64,000 nt of DNA from Macrostomum hystrix (lineage: Eukaryota > Animalia > Platyhelminthes). Below are positions 26,201 to 36,786 of the stretch, piece by piece. The DNA is taken from contig CATNEN010000038.1 in the NCBI GenBank assembly GCA_950097015.1, positions 35,278,001 to 35,342,000 of the forward strand. The letters run 5' to 3'. Each line of letters opens with the position of its first letter. Position 1 is the first letter of the stretch. The position numbers and the translations under genes are program-made. The notes beneath the pieces are model-generated. The model worked only from the letters and a program-made list of their open reading frames with translations. It was not told the DNA's origin and did not search any database.

Positions 26201-27045
26201 AGGATACTACTTGCCGTTCCGAACTCAACAGATAGAATGCTGCCGGGTTGATCACGTTTGAGGCTTTAGTTTGAGGCTGGCATGCAGTGCACGGGTTTTG
26301 CAGCCAATCGGCATGCGGATGCAATGTGCCCTTGCTTTCCGAACTTGTTGCAGACTGCCTGACTGAATCTGCAAGCGGTTCTCAGGTGACCTGATTTACC
26401 ACACGAGAAACATGCGCCCTTTGAGGCTTGATTGGCGCCAGAAACGGAGTTAGCGCCGGCTTCTGAGTCTGGTTTTCGGACCGCCTTTGAAACGGCCGTC
26501 GTGAATTTGAAAGCTGCTTCCTTCCGATGCAGTAGGGGTACAGTGGTGATGGTTTTCTGGGGTTCGGTAGCGACGTGCACGGATTCTGATAGCTTCCTGA
26601 ACGGAAGTTTCGAGCGTGAACTGGTCCTTGGCAAATAACTTTTGACGAAGAGACTGGCTCTTCAAGCCGAAGATGAACAGTGAGAGAATAAAGTCGTTAG
26701 CAAAGTCACAGAACTCGCACTTATTTGCCTGGCATTTTAGACGCTCAAGGAAAGTCGAAATCAATTCAGCAGACTTTTGTGTCTTAAAATGCAGGACATT
26801 CCATACGTATTGCAGGAGTCTTTTTGGCTTGAGGTGCTCCAGGATCATCTTTTCATTGCTTCCAAGGTGCAGTTGTTCGCGCTGATGCCAGTAGGCTTCA
26901 TCGAAGTTTCAACTAGAGTAAGTCACAACTGTAATTGGGTTAGGAGCTTTGGTACACCGGTATCGGGACTAATTCCTCTGATTCTGAAGCCAGGAGAATT
27001 AACTAAATAGACTAGTTAGTTCAGTTGATCCTCGTCGTCGTGTTA
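23300..27045 (-). mobile_element. Degenerate Gypsy/Ty3 LTR retrotransposon internal region (gag-PR-RT-RH-IN)
   Basis: Gag with zinc knuckle [14 protein letters not shown]; protease CVDSGS (about 26145); RT FGISAAPLIFQ...YQDD; RNase H LTCDASKDGIG...YSNIEREALAI; integrase HHCC (LHEQH...CATCQ) and DNGTNF. Domain order is Gypsy-type. Many stops and frameshifts. A PBS-like CGACGAGGAT lies at about 27030; LTRs were not identified. Confidence 0.9.
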
Positions 27046-27214
27046 TAAGTCTAAGACGTAGGAATTTCTAGTGTTGTGCGAAATCGTAGCAGCAATTATA
27101 TTGATAAGCGCTTATATAACAATATATAACAGTCCGCAATCCAGGCAGCACAGCCCTTTTAACGATTCAATGAGTGCCTTGTCTTTGGTTAGCACGTTAA
27201 ATTTAATAACTGAA

Positions 27215-27538
27215 GGATGGCTGCGGGCAATGGCAAATCATTTCGTAACACTAGACCTGCAGCTAGTGAGAAAGCGATTCTTCCCATTTCGCTGACTCCT
27301 GAGCACACACGCACACAAATACCGTACGTTGGCACTCAAACACAGTTGAATACATCTATACCCCGACTTTCTCATCGTCAGGGAGTGTACACTCTCATTG
27401 TGCCTTGGATGTTGGTCCTCGGGGTCGTATGCCTTCAGTCCGCGGCTGCGCCTAAGAATAATGTGGCCTCGCCGCGAAATCGAGCTCAGGGACCTTGGTG
27501 CGAGAGGCAAACACGTTAACCGATCTGCCACCGCTCAC
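27215..27538 (-). mobile_element. tRNA-SINE copy
   Basis: Reverse-complement match to 3878-4235. Confidence 0.75.
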
Positions 27539-27866
27539 CTGCTTCATAGCATTCGCTACTACTAGTTTTATCGGTTTCGCCAGGAAAGAAAATTATTTAA
27601 CTTTAGTAATGCTTTTTAATTCGTTTTCGTATCTTACAAAATTTTTGCTATTAGCGGGGCTAAAGAGTAAAAATGGGCTTGAACTTGCGAGGCTTAAAAA
27701 AGAACCAATTTATTATTCAACAATGTTACATCTTATTCGCAATGATACTCTCTAAGTACTCGTACTATAGTATTTTCGTCAGTTTTTTAGGCATCACAGA
27801 ACTATCGGATATATTGTTTAATAAAATTTAGCAACAAAGTAGTTAAATTATAAATGCAACATTTGT

Positions 27867-27950
27867 TTACAGGCTGCATCTGCTGACAAACTGCTGCAGG
27901 ATGGTCAGGACAACCGAAGCTATCAGAAGGAACTGAGCACCAGACACTTG
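27867..27950 (-). pseudogene. Ly6 gene remnant: only the hydrophobic-tail half of exon 3, fused directly to satellite
   Basis: Reads QVSGAQFLLIASVVLTILQQFVSRCSL*. The flank 27480-27830 is homologous to the 3' flanks of genes B and C. Confidence 0.8.
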
Positions 27951-28388
27951 ACTGCAAAGCTACTGGACTGAGAATCTTCAGGACTGCAAAGCTACTGGAC
28001 TGAGATTCTTCAGGACTGCAAAGCTACTGGACCGAGATTCTTCAGGACTGCAAAGCTACTGGACTGAGATTATTCAGGACTGCAAAGCTACTGGACTGAG
28101 ATTCTTCAGGACTGCAAAGCTACTGGACTGAGATTATTCAGGACTGCAAAGCTACTGGACTGAGATTCTTCAGGACTGCAAAGCTACTGGACTGAGATTA
28201 TTCAGGACTGCAAAGCTACTGGACTGAGATTATTCAGGACTGCAAAGCTACTGGACTGAGATTCTTCAGGACTGCAAAGCTACTGGACTGAGATTCTTCA
28301 GGACTGCAAAGCTACTGGACTGAGATTCTTCAGGACTGCAAAGCTACTGGACTGAGATTCTTCAGGACTGCAAAGCTACTGGACTGAG
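27950..28388. repeat. 32-bp satellite array of the remnant Ly6 gene
   Basis: About 14 copies. Confidence 0.95.
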
Positions 28389-28699
28389 TGCCTAACTTTT
28401 CCAGTCTTTTGATCCTTGGACGTGCTGGACTCCGTAAGTCGCTGGAAAAAAAATAGGATAAAGCCGCTAATGGTGTGCTTGCTGTAACTTAAATAAAGCT
28501 TGAGTTCAGTTCTGTAGGGGGTGTGTATGGATAAATGTGTTATCGAGCGAATGAGCGAACTTTGAGAACTGTTGATATTGAGGGACGCAGCCGCTCCCTA
28601 CAGTTTGAGTTAGTGTACGAGCGTCATCGGAAACAGTCAGCAATGGTATGATTTTGTGCCACAGACAACATTTGTGCGGACCACCCGGAGTGTGGTCCG

Positions 28700-31340
28700 G
28701 TGGGTCCTGTAGCGGCGCTGTCCGGGGGAAAGCGCTGGCAAGCATGATGTCCAGCCATTCGCCAGGATTCTCGGCCATCCTGTCTTTTGATCACTGAGAG
28801 CTTCGACATTTTGTCAAGGGTGAGCGCTTTTACTACGCGAGAGGTCCAGCAGACTTTGCTTTCCTGGTTTCACGCTTAAAGTCGCAAATCGCATTCTGGT
28901 AGGCGGTCAGGTCAGCTGGTTCTTTGCTTTTTCGCGCAATCCGCTGGAGGGATTTGGCCTTGCGCCAGAGGGTTCCAAGCTCTGGGTCCACCAGGGAGCG
29001 GATTTTTTGCCTTTGTAGGCATTGAGGGGGCAAGAGGTTTCGTGGGCCGTCAGGATGGTCGAACTGAGTAGATCAGCGAAATCGTCCACTTTGTGGCAGG
29101 TGCAGGAACGGCGGTTTCAAACTGGTTAGTCTGGCGCTTCACGGAGTTCGCTAAGGCCGTCCAGTCAGCTTCCGGGCGTTCCTTTTCCACAGAATGCCAG
29201 GCTTTGAATAGAAGCTTTGCAACCGGAAGCGAACGAAGCGATTTTCAGACAGAGATTCCTCTTCCTCTTTGGCCCTGGGAGGCAAGGGTCACGTCGAGGA
29301 CTTCCGTCCACCGCCCATTGTCAAAGGTGGGTGTGCCACCCGTGTTGCAGAACTCAATATTAGCGGTGCAGATGTAGGGAAGGAGATCCTCGCCTCTGCA
29401 GTTGGAATTGTAACACTGCCCCTGTGGGTGTGGTGGGCGTTAATATCGCAAGCCCCCAGCAGCTCAAAGTCACGGTCTGAGCAGTAGTCCACAAGGGATG
29501 TGAGACTGGGTAGAAACGCGGGACCGTCACCAGGAATGTAGATAGAGGCGATGATGACGGTACCGTTCGAGAGAATTAGGTTTGTTTGGATGACACAGAG
29601 GTCTTTGACAAAGACGTCTGGTCTATGCCAAGCTTCGAGATCGTTAGTCGCGAACACAGCAGCCCTGGGGTTTTGGGGCTTAAAAACAATCAAAACCAAC
29701 AGGAATGTTCGGACCTTTCTTCGTCCAGGGCTCCTGGAGGAGGATGATGCCCAGATTTGCGAAGCCCACCACACGCAACAGGTTGGTCGAGGCCGCGATG
29801 CAGTGGTGCAGGTTTAGCTGCAGGAAGCTCACCCCAGGAGGGGCGGTTCGTACGGCTGCCTGCTGGCCGACGGCGAGCTGTTCAGGAGAGCTTCCTCATC
29901 CTAGTCGGTGGTGTGCCCGAGCTCCAATGGGCTCCTCCTGAATCGGATCCAGAGCCGAGGCCGGGTCTGCTACAGCAGCAGCGTCCGTATCCTCAGCCCG
30001 GTTTTCCGCCGGGGGCTCCGTTGTGACATTGGGCTGGGTGGTGCTGCGGTGGCGTCCTCCGTCGGAGTCCGGCAGCTGTCTGCTGCGCTGAGTCAGGCCA
30101 GGCAGATGGTGCTGCAGGCTGGTTTTTGGCCCTTACCATGTCCGCCTGCGGCTCTCGCCGCTTTGCCCCCGACAGGGACCGCGTCCTCGGAGTGGTCGTG
30201 ACGGCCAGGAGTCTGTATTCCAGGGCGCTATGGCCTGGCAGAACTCTGGTTCCGCTTTTCCGGACGCGGCGGGTGAGTGGCGTCAGACTCGAAGCTGAAA
30301 ATCTGGATTCGAGTGAGACCTGTACTGATGTAGGACATGTCTAGGCAGCAGAGCATCCAGCAGTTCGACAGTCCAAGAATGGCTGTGAAACCATCTCAAA
30401 CATGCCTGGTGATGGTTTCATGAACACGATGCCATTTGAGGGCAGATCCTGATGGATCGCCAGCAGCAGGCGGCGCAGCTCCTCAGCATTTGTGACGGCG
30501 CTACGAGCTGGAATCCAAACACGATGACTGGGTGTCTGGAAGCGCTCATTCTCCCTGTAGACTAACAGTTTGCCCATTTCCGTACCCCAATCGAGGGTTT
30601 TCAGCAGCTCGAGGAGTTGCTGACTGGACTGGTTGTCGGCAGGCTGGACAATGAGGGCTTGGTCCTGGATGTCGGTCTTTAGGACATGCAGCATAGTGCC
30701 ACTCAGTGCCAGTTTGACCAGATTGGAATCCAATCTGCGCCAAATTTGGTCGAGCTGCCCTGTCGATAAGGGCGTCTCCTGACCTCGGATAACCAAGGCC
30801 GGCTGCCTCTTGGCCATTGCAGCGTAAGTGTGCTTTGGCCTCGTAGTTTGGCCAGCGCCTCCCACCACGGGCCCCCAGCAGTCGTCGGAGTTTCTAAATG
30901 ACAGTGAGAGAGGAACCGGATGCCCTAGAAGCCTGGGCTGCACTTTCCGGCACTTCCAGGTTTCCCGCACGGCGCAAGGAGTCCGCCTCCTTGTTGGGTG
31001 TCGGTTCCTCCGAGATATTCGCAGAGTTACCGGCCCCCTCCACAGAGGCGGCGGTTGGCGCGGAATTCGCAGCCAACCGTGCTTTCTGTTTGCGCCGCCG
31101 GAATTCCAAGTCTCTGAGCCCTTTCTCAGCCCTTTCTCAGTTTGCCCTTTGATCCTGCCACTCTGGTGGCGGCGGGGCAGGATGATTTTGGGGCATCGAT
31201 GGATCCGATGTTGCCCTGGCGTTAATCCTGAGGAGCTACGTCGCCAACCGGGGTCAGCTTTTTGGCATAGTCCTGGGACGTGCTGGACTCCGTAAGTCGC
31301 TGGAAAAAAATAGGATAAAGCCGCTAATGGCCGACAAAAC
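28700..31340 (-). mobile_element. Degenerate, 3'-truncated non-LTR retrotransposon (LOA/R1-like): ORF1 plus AP endonuclease
   Basis: APE motifs LQLNLHHCIAAS, LLQEPW, IASIYIP and GACDINAHH; linker APWW...KRETRKAK; an upstream ORF1-like frame at 30341-31150; frameshifts present; RT core absent. Confidence 0.75.
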
Positions 31341-31996
31341 TCACCGGACCTTCCAGCCCTGCGGCGCGGTGAGACCTTAGGTCAAAATTTTAGCTCAAAC
31401 CTTAAGTCGAACCATTCACTCATGAGCCGAAGCATGAGTACACATTACGACCAGAGGCTCTGGATGGGTCGTCCAGCGCTCTTGCCCATTCAATCCGGCT
31501 GCCCTTAAACTTGAGCTGCTGGCACATCATGAAGACATTCAGTCCGTATATAAGTGCGTTGCTCCAAGTTTGATGGAAACTCCGTTTTTCTAAGCCGGCT
31601 GTTTCTTAAATTGTGTTCTTTTGGCTAGAATTTTTTAATATAAAATATGCTAATCGGTTGTTGTTTCGACTATAGTTTTTACTTTTAGCATCCTTGTCCC
31701 CCCTTTTTCTTCATTCTATTCTTTCCTCCATGCTGCCACCACAAGTGTTGTCTGTGGCATCAAATCATACCATTGCTGAACGTTTCGGATGACGCTCGTA
31801 CACTCACTCCAACTGTCTGGAGCGGCTGCATCCCTCCAAATCTACAGTTCTTTAAGTTCGTTCATTCGTTTAAAGTGCAATATTCTACTGGACCCCTGCC
31901 TGCTCTCTCCTCCCCTATCGCCGTCGTCACCACTCGGATTAACCATTGGCTGGCCTCGAAGCACAAGGAAAGGTGGATCAAGACCGCCATTAGTCG

Positions 31997-32188
31997 TAGA
32001 GAGAAGGCTTGAGGCTTGTCGTGCAATTACGCCCTTGAGGGCCAACCTCCAAGGCACAGTGCGAGGGTACACTGCCTGACGAATAAAATACACTGACTGC
32101 CAAATAATAATGTGGCCTCGCCGCGGAATCGAGCTCAGGGACCTTGGTGCGAGAGGCAAACACTTTAACCGCTCTACCACCACTCACC
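31997..32188. mobile_element. Composite SINE fragments (plus-strand body joined to minus-strand head)
   Basis: Matches 3878-4235 in both orientations. Confidence 0.65.
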
Positions 32189-32609
32189 TGCTTCATAGGG
32201 TTCGCTACTACGAGCGTAGTTATCGGTTTCGCCAGGAAAATAATTATGAGCCGTATTTAACTTTAGCAACGCTTTAATCCTTAGCTCGTGAAATCTATTC
32301 GTATTTGTCCATTTCAATTGTATTTGCCGGTACACTCACACGTTGGAAAAATTAGTGTTTGCCTTACTAAGTTTTTTATTGCACACAAAAGACTATTACT
32401 ATTGCGGGGCTGTAGACTAAAAAATAGGCTTATATTTGCTAGACATACAAAAAAACATTTTTTTTCAAAAGTATTTTATCTTATTCGCGATTATACTCCA
32501 TAAGCACTGTAGTGTTTTAGTCATTCTTTTTAGGCTGCACAGAACACGCGGATAAATTGTTTAATAAATCGAAGCCCGGAAACTAGAAAATCATCCATGG
32601 GAAATTGCA

Positions 32610-34270
32610 TTATGGGCTCCAGCTGCTGACAAACTGCTGCAGGATGGTCAGGACAACCGAAGCTATCAGAAGGAACAGAGCACCAGACACTTGATGGCCG
32701 GTGTTGCACAGGTCAGATTGGCAGCATGAAAAGATACCCTCTATCTTGTTGCAGTTACGAACAGCGCCCCGATCGACAGATCGTATCTTATACTTTTTCT
32801 GTTTGTTAAATTGTTAAAAAATTGATTCTATTCAGAGGTTGCATCGGAAAGATATAGGGATTAGAAATCATATTCATTTGGTGGCAGACTCAAGTCTATG
32901 TGCACGGCCTCCAAAAGATTCCAGCACAGGGACCTTGGTATGGGAGGCAAACGTGCGAACAAATCTCTCCCTCAGCCGCAGATAATGAGAAGTTTAGTTT
33001 GATATTTAAACCACAAGCAAAAAAAGTTTGTATTTTTTTAAATCCTAATGACAGGACTGCGAAGCTACTTAACCGAGATTCTTCGGGACTGCAAAGCTAC
33101 TGGACTGAGATTCTTCAGGACTGCAAAGCTACTAGAATGAGATTCTTCAGGACTGCAAAGCTATGGACTGAGATTCTTCAGGACTGCAAAGCTATGGACT
33201 GAGATTCTTCAGGACTGCAAAGCTATGGACTGAGATTCTTCAGGACTGCAAAGCTATGGACTGAGATTCTTCAGGACTGCAAAGCTATGGACTGAGATTC
33301 TTCAGGACTGCAAAGCTATGGACTGAGATTCTTCAGGACTGCAAAGCTATGGACTGAGATTCTTCAGGACTGCAAAGCTACTGGACTAAGATTCTTCAGG
33401 ACTGCAAAGCTACTGGACTGAGATTCTTCAGGACTGCAAAGCTACAGAACTGAGATTCTTCAGGACTGCAAACTTACTGGACTGAGATTCTTCAGGACTG
33501 CAAACTTACTGGACTGAGATTCTTCAGGACTGCAAAGCTATGAACTGAGATTCTTCAGGACTGCAAAGCTATGAACTGAGATTCTTCAGGACTGCAAAGC
33601 TACTGGACTAAGATTCTTCAGGACTGCAAAGCTACTGGACTGAGATTCTTTAGAGATTCTTCAGGACTGCAAAGCTACAGAACTGAGATTCTTCAGGACT
33701 GCGGATCTACTGGACTGAGATTCTTCAGGACTGCGGATCTGCTGGACTGAGATTCTTCAGGACTGCAAAGCTACTGGAATAAGATGATTAAGGACTGCAA
33801 AGCTACTGGAATAAGATGATTAAGGACTGCAAAGCTACTGGAATAAGATGATTAAGGACTGCAAAGCTACTGGAATAAGATGATTAAGGACTGCAAAGCT
33901 ACTGGAATAAGATGATTAAGGACTACAGATTAAGCTATGGACTCAGATTCTTTAGGACTACGAAGCTACTGGACTGAGATTGCGCTTTTGTCCACTGCAG
34001 CACATGTTTTTAGGTTCGTGATACATGACTCACAAAGCAGTAAAGTCCTTCCATTGTTTTGGTTTTTTCGTCCACACTATTGCAATCTTGGCAGGAATAG
34101 CACTTGACGGCGTTGGTTCCAGCGATGCAAACTAAAATGTTGAATTTCGTGCTAGCAAGCATAAATTATGAAAGCTTAATTTCAAAATTGAAAATAGAAA
34201 AATAATGATAACGACTTGACTAACTTGCAGACAGTATTCCGATCCACAGTATTGAACGAAGTTTCAACAT
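32610..34270 (-). CDS. Ly6/uPAR three-finger protein 'B', 3 exons (34270-34225, 34131-34034, 32798-32610), 110 aa
   Basis: MLKLRSILWIGILSA|ICIAGTNAVKCYSCQDCNSVDEKTKTMEGLYCF|KKYKIRSVDRGAVRNCNKIEGIFSCCQSDLCNTGHQVSGALFLLIASVVLTILQQFVSSWSP*. Canonical splice sites. Confidence 0.88.
33052..33981. repeat. 32-bp satellite in intron 2 of gene B
   Basis: About 29 copies, including 30-bp and GGAATAAGATGATTAA variants. Confidence 0.95.
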
Positions 34271-34776
34271 TTTTTAGCTTCCAGTAAGGCTTGAAGAATG
34301 GTTGACGAAATCTGCCTTGCCTTTACAAAACTTAGCGGTTACCAGAATGACTGATGAACTGATGAAATATTGCCTTGGCTTGATGCCAAATTCAAGGCAA
34401 GAAACGGCAGCAAGTTCTAAAAGCTGAATGCCATTAAGCAGAAACTTTAGTTTTGGAGTGGGTGTACGAGGGTCATCTTAAAGGCAAGCGTATGATTTTG
34501 TGCCACAGACAACTTGTGATGTGGCAGCCTTTCAGCCTTGGAGAATATATTTCCTCATCGTTGGTTTGGTCCATTTGAGCCGATTGCAGTACAGTGAGAT
34601 TTTTAACTTTTTTACTTAAAACGCTCGAGTAGTCTTAAATTCGAATAAGTAGCAGTCTTGCCCATAGAAATCTCTCAGTACTTCAGTCGGCTCAAATGGA
34701 CCGGATCTCCAATGTTAAACTTGCTGTTGCCTTGAATTTTGCATCAAGCCAAAGCAATATTTCATCAGTTCATCAG

Positions 34777-36708
34777 GACTTCATTCTTATTTTGAGCCAG
34801 CGTGCGGGAATGAAGGCAGTTGTGCAGGAATGAAATAATCTATGGCCAAATATCCACAGTTTTACACATGGACATCGTGCAGGAATGACACTCTCCGTTC
34901 CTGCACGCAAACAATTTATTTATATGCATTTGATTTATTTTTAACCCCCTCTCTCTTTCCTCCCTCCACGAGGGCGATCGATAAATTGATCAAACACAGA
35001 GCTCGCACGCTCATTGGCTGAGGGAAAATAACATTGATGCATTTGCGAAAACATCCTAGGGACAGCGCGATGTACGTTGCACGACCGGCGAGAGACTCGG
35101 TCAGCTGGCTGCTCATCTTGGCAAGAATGCTGTCTCTTCGTGGAGCTCAGTGACTATAGTGGGTCGAACACAGTGCGCTGTATAGCTTCTCGACAGCCCG
35201 GCACTGGAAGATATCCGCTTAAGCATTGGTCCAAGCGTACTGATTCGATTGCCTGTTTCGTATACCACAGGCCATTCGAGCCAACCAGCTGCTTCGGTCG
35301 CAGAAAAAAGTCCGAACCGTTCCATCCAGGCACTGCTTCGATCTTCCGCAAACACACGCGAAAGGCTTCAACGGGACACGATTTCTGATCGGACCCGGCC
35401 ACCATGATTGCTTGCTTTGGGTCGTCGCTCTGCCTCAAATCCGTTGATCCATGGACAGTTTTACTGGTTCCAACTTGAAGCACGATGGCCACTCGTCCCT
35501 CAGCCAGACGCTTCTCAGAAAACGACTTTGCAGTCAGTCCTCTGAGCCGTTCGCGGCCCCGGTTACCGAAATAATATAGAATGCTGAAATACACTTCATC
35601 CTGAAGTTTGGTTGGACTGCTCCGATCGAAGTAGGTGTTAAGTTTAGACAGGTCGTCCAATTTCAATGGCCGAGAAATGATTGATTCTTCCTCCAAGACG
35701 CAGGAATTCGTTACAGGCATGTTTCAATGTCAGATTGGCCGAATGGAATTGCGGCAGAGAGAGAATGTCCAAAGAGCGAAGCCTCATAAAGTGCCGATAA
35801 AGTCCGGCACGCATTCCCAACATTGTGTTGGGTGAATAGGATGGGCCGTCAGGCTTCTTCAGAGCGGCGTAATGCTCGCTTACGCTCGGCTTCCTCTTGG
35901 TCATTACGGATGCGATATCTCATCTTGATAAGATGTAACTAACGTGTCAGGATAGGAAAGCACGTTTTTTTTACTTTTAACGATTACCGCTTTTTCCCAG
36001 TTGAACTGATTTGGATGCTGTTTTTTGCAGTCTAACTGAGCGTGCATCTAACGCGCCATCTAAAGTAGTAAGCCAACGTAATACAATGCAACGCACGAGT
36101 GCCATAGACCAGTTAAGCACAAAAAATCGATGTATGAATCCTACATTCGAGTTTTAATTTACGACGCGTCTTCTGGCGAGCGAATCGGGTTAATACAGAT
36201 GTCACAAAGATACGTCGTTGGCGCCTCCTCAACAGAAGTTCATGAGCGCACTGAACGAGAGGGCATCATGCAGGCTTTGTTAGATGATATTGCTTATCTT
36301 AGCGCTGGAGAACTCGAATACATGCTCTGTGGCGATACCACAGAAGGTGATCTTCTAAAGGAATTGGATCTTTTACAGTTACACAACACGTCAGATAAAC
36401 ATTATAAATAAACATTATTGAAGATCTCCGTTTTGAGCGGAGGCCATTTGGTATACCCCTAAAAATCCCTTCAAAATGATACAATGAATTAACCTTATAT
36501 GTCGGCGTGAAATAAAAAAGCACAAAAATCCATTTATTTTTAACCCCCTCTCTTTTTCCTCCCTCCGCACTTTATTCTTAATATGAATTTTGTCTATGGT
36601 TAGAATAGCTCTAAAAAAAATGAAATTCATGAACGCTTACTCGTGCGTCTATGGCCAAAGCACTCGTGCTTTTCCCATTGACGCACTCGTAAGCGTTCAA
36701 GAAATATA
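34777..36708 (-). mobile_element. Degenerate Crypton (CryptonA/DUF3504-type tyrosine recombinase) transposon inserted upstream of gene C
   Basis: Frameshifted pieces: YAALKKPDGPSYSPNTM..MRAGLYRH; LQDEVYFSILYYFGNRGRE.LR...SCPVEAF...FFLRP; LGPMLKRISSSAGLSRSYTAHCVRPT (RGRE and HxxR motifs). Boundaries come from comparison with the uninterrupted upstream region of gene D (TTCATCAG-T-CATTCCGGTACC). Confidence 0.82.
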
Positions 36709-36786
36709 CATTCCGGTACCGCTAAGTTTTGTAAAGGCAAGGTAGATTTCGTCAACCTTTCTTCAAGCCTTACTGGAAGCTAAAAA

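Noticed and set aside
34345-34375. CTGATGA...GAAA as a hammerhead ribozyme core
   Set aside because: No stem II can form between the motifs and I found no supporting flanking stems.
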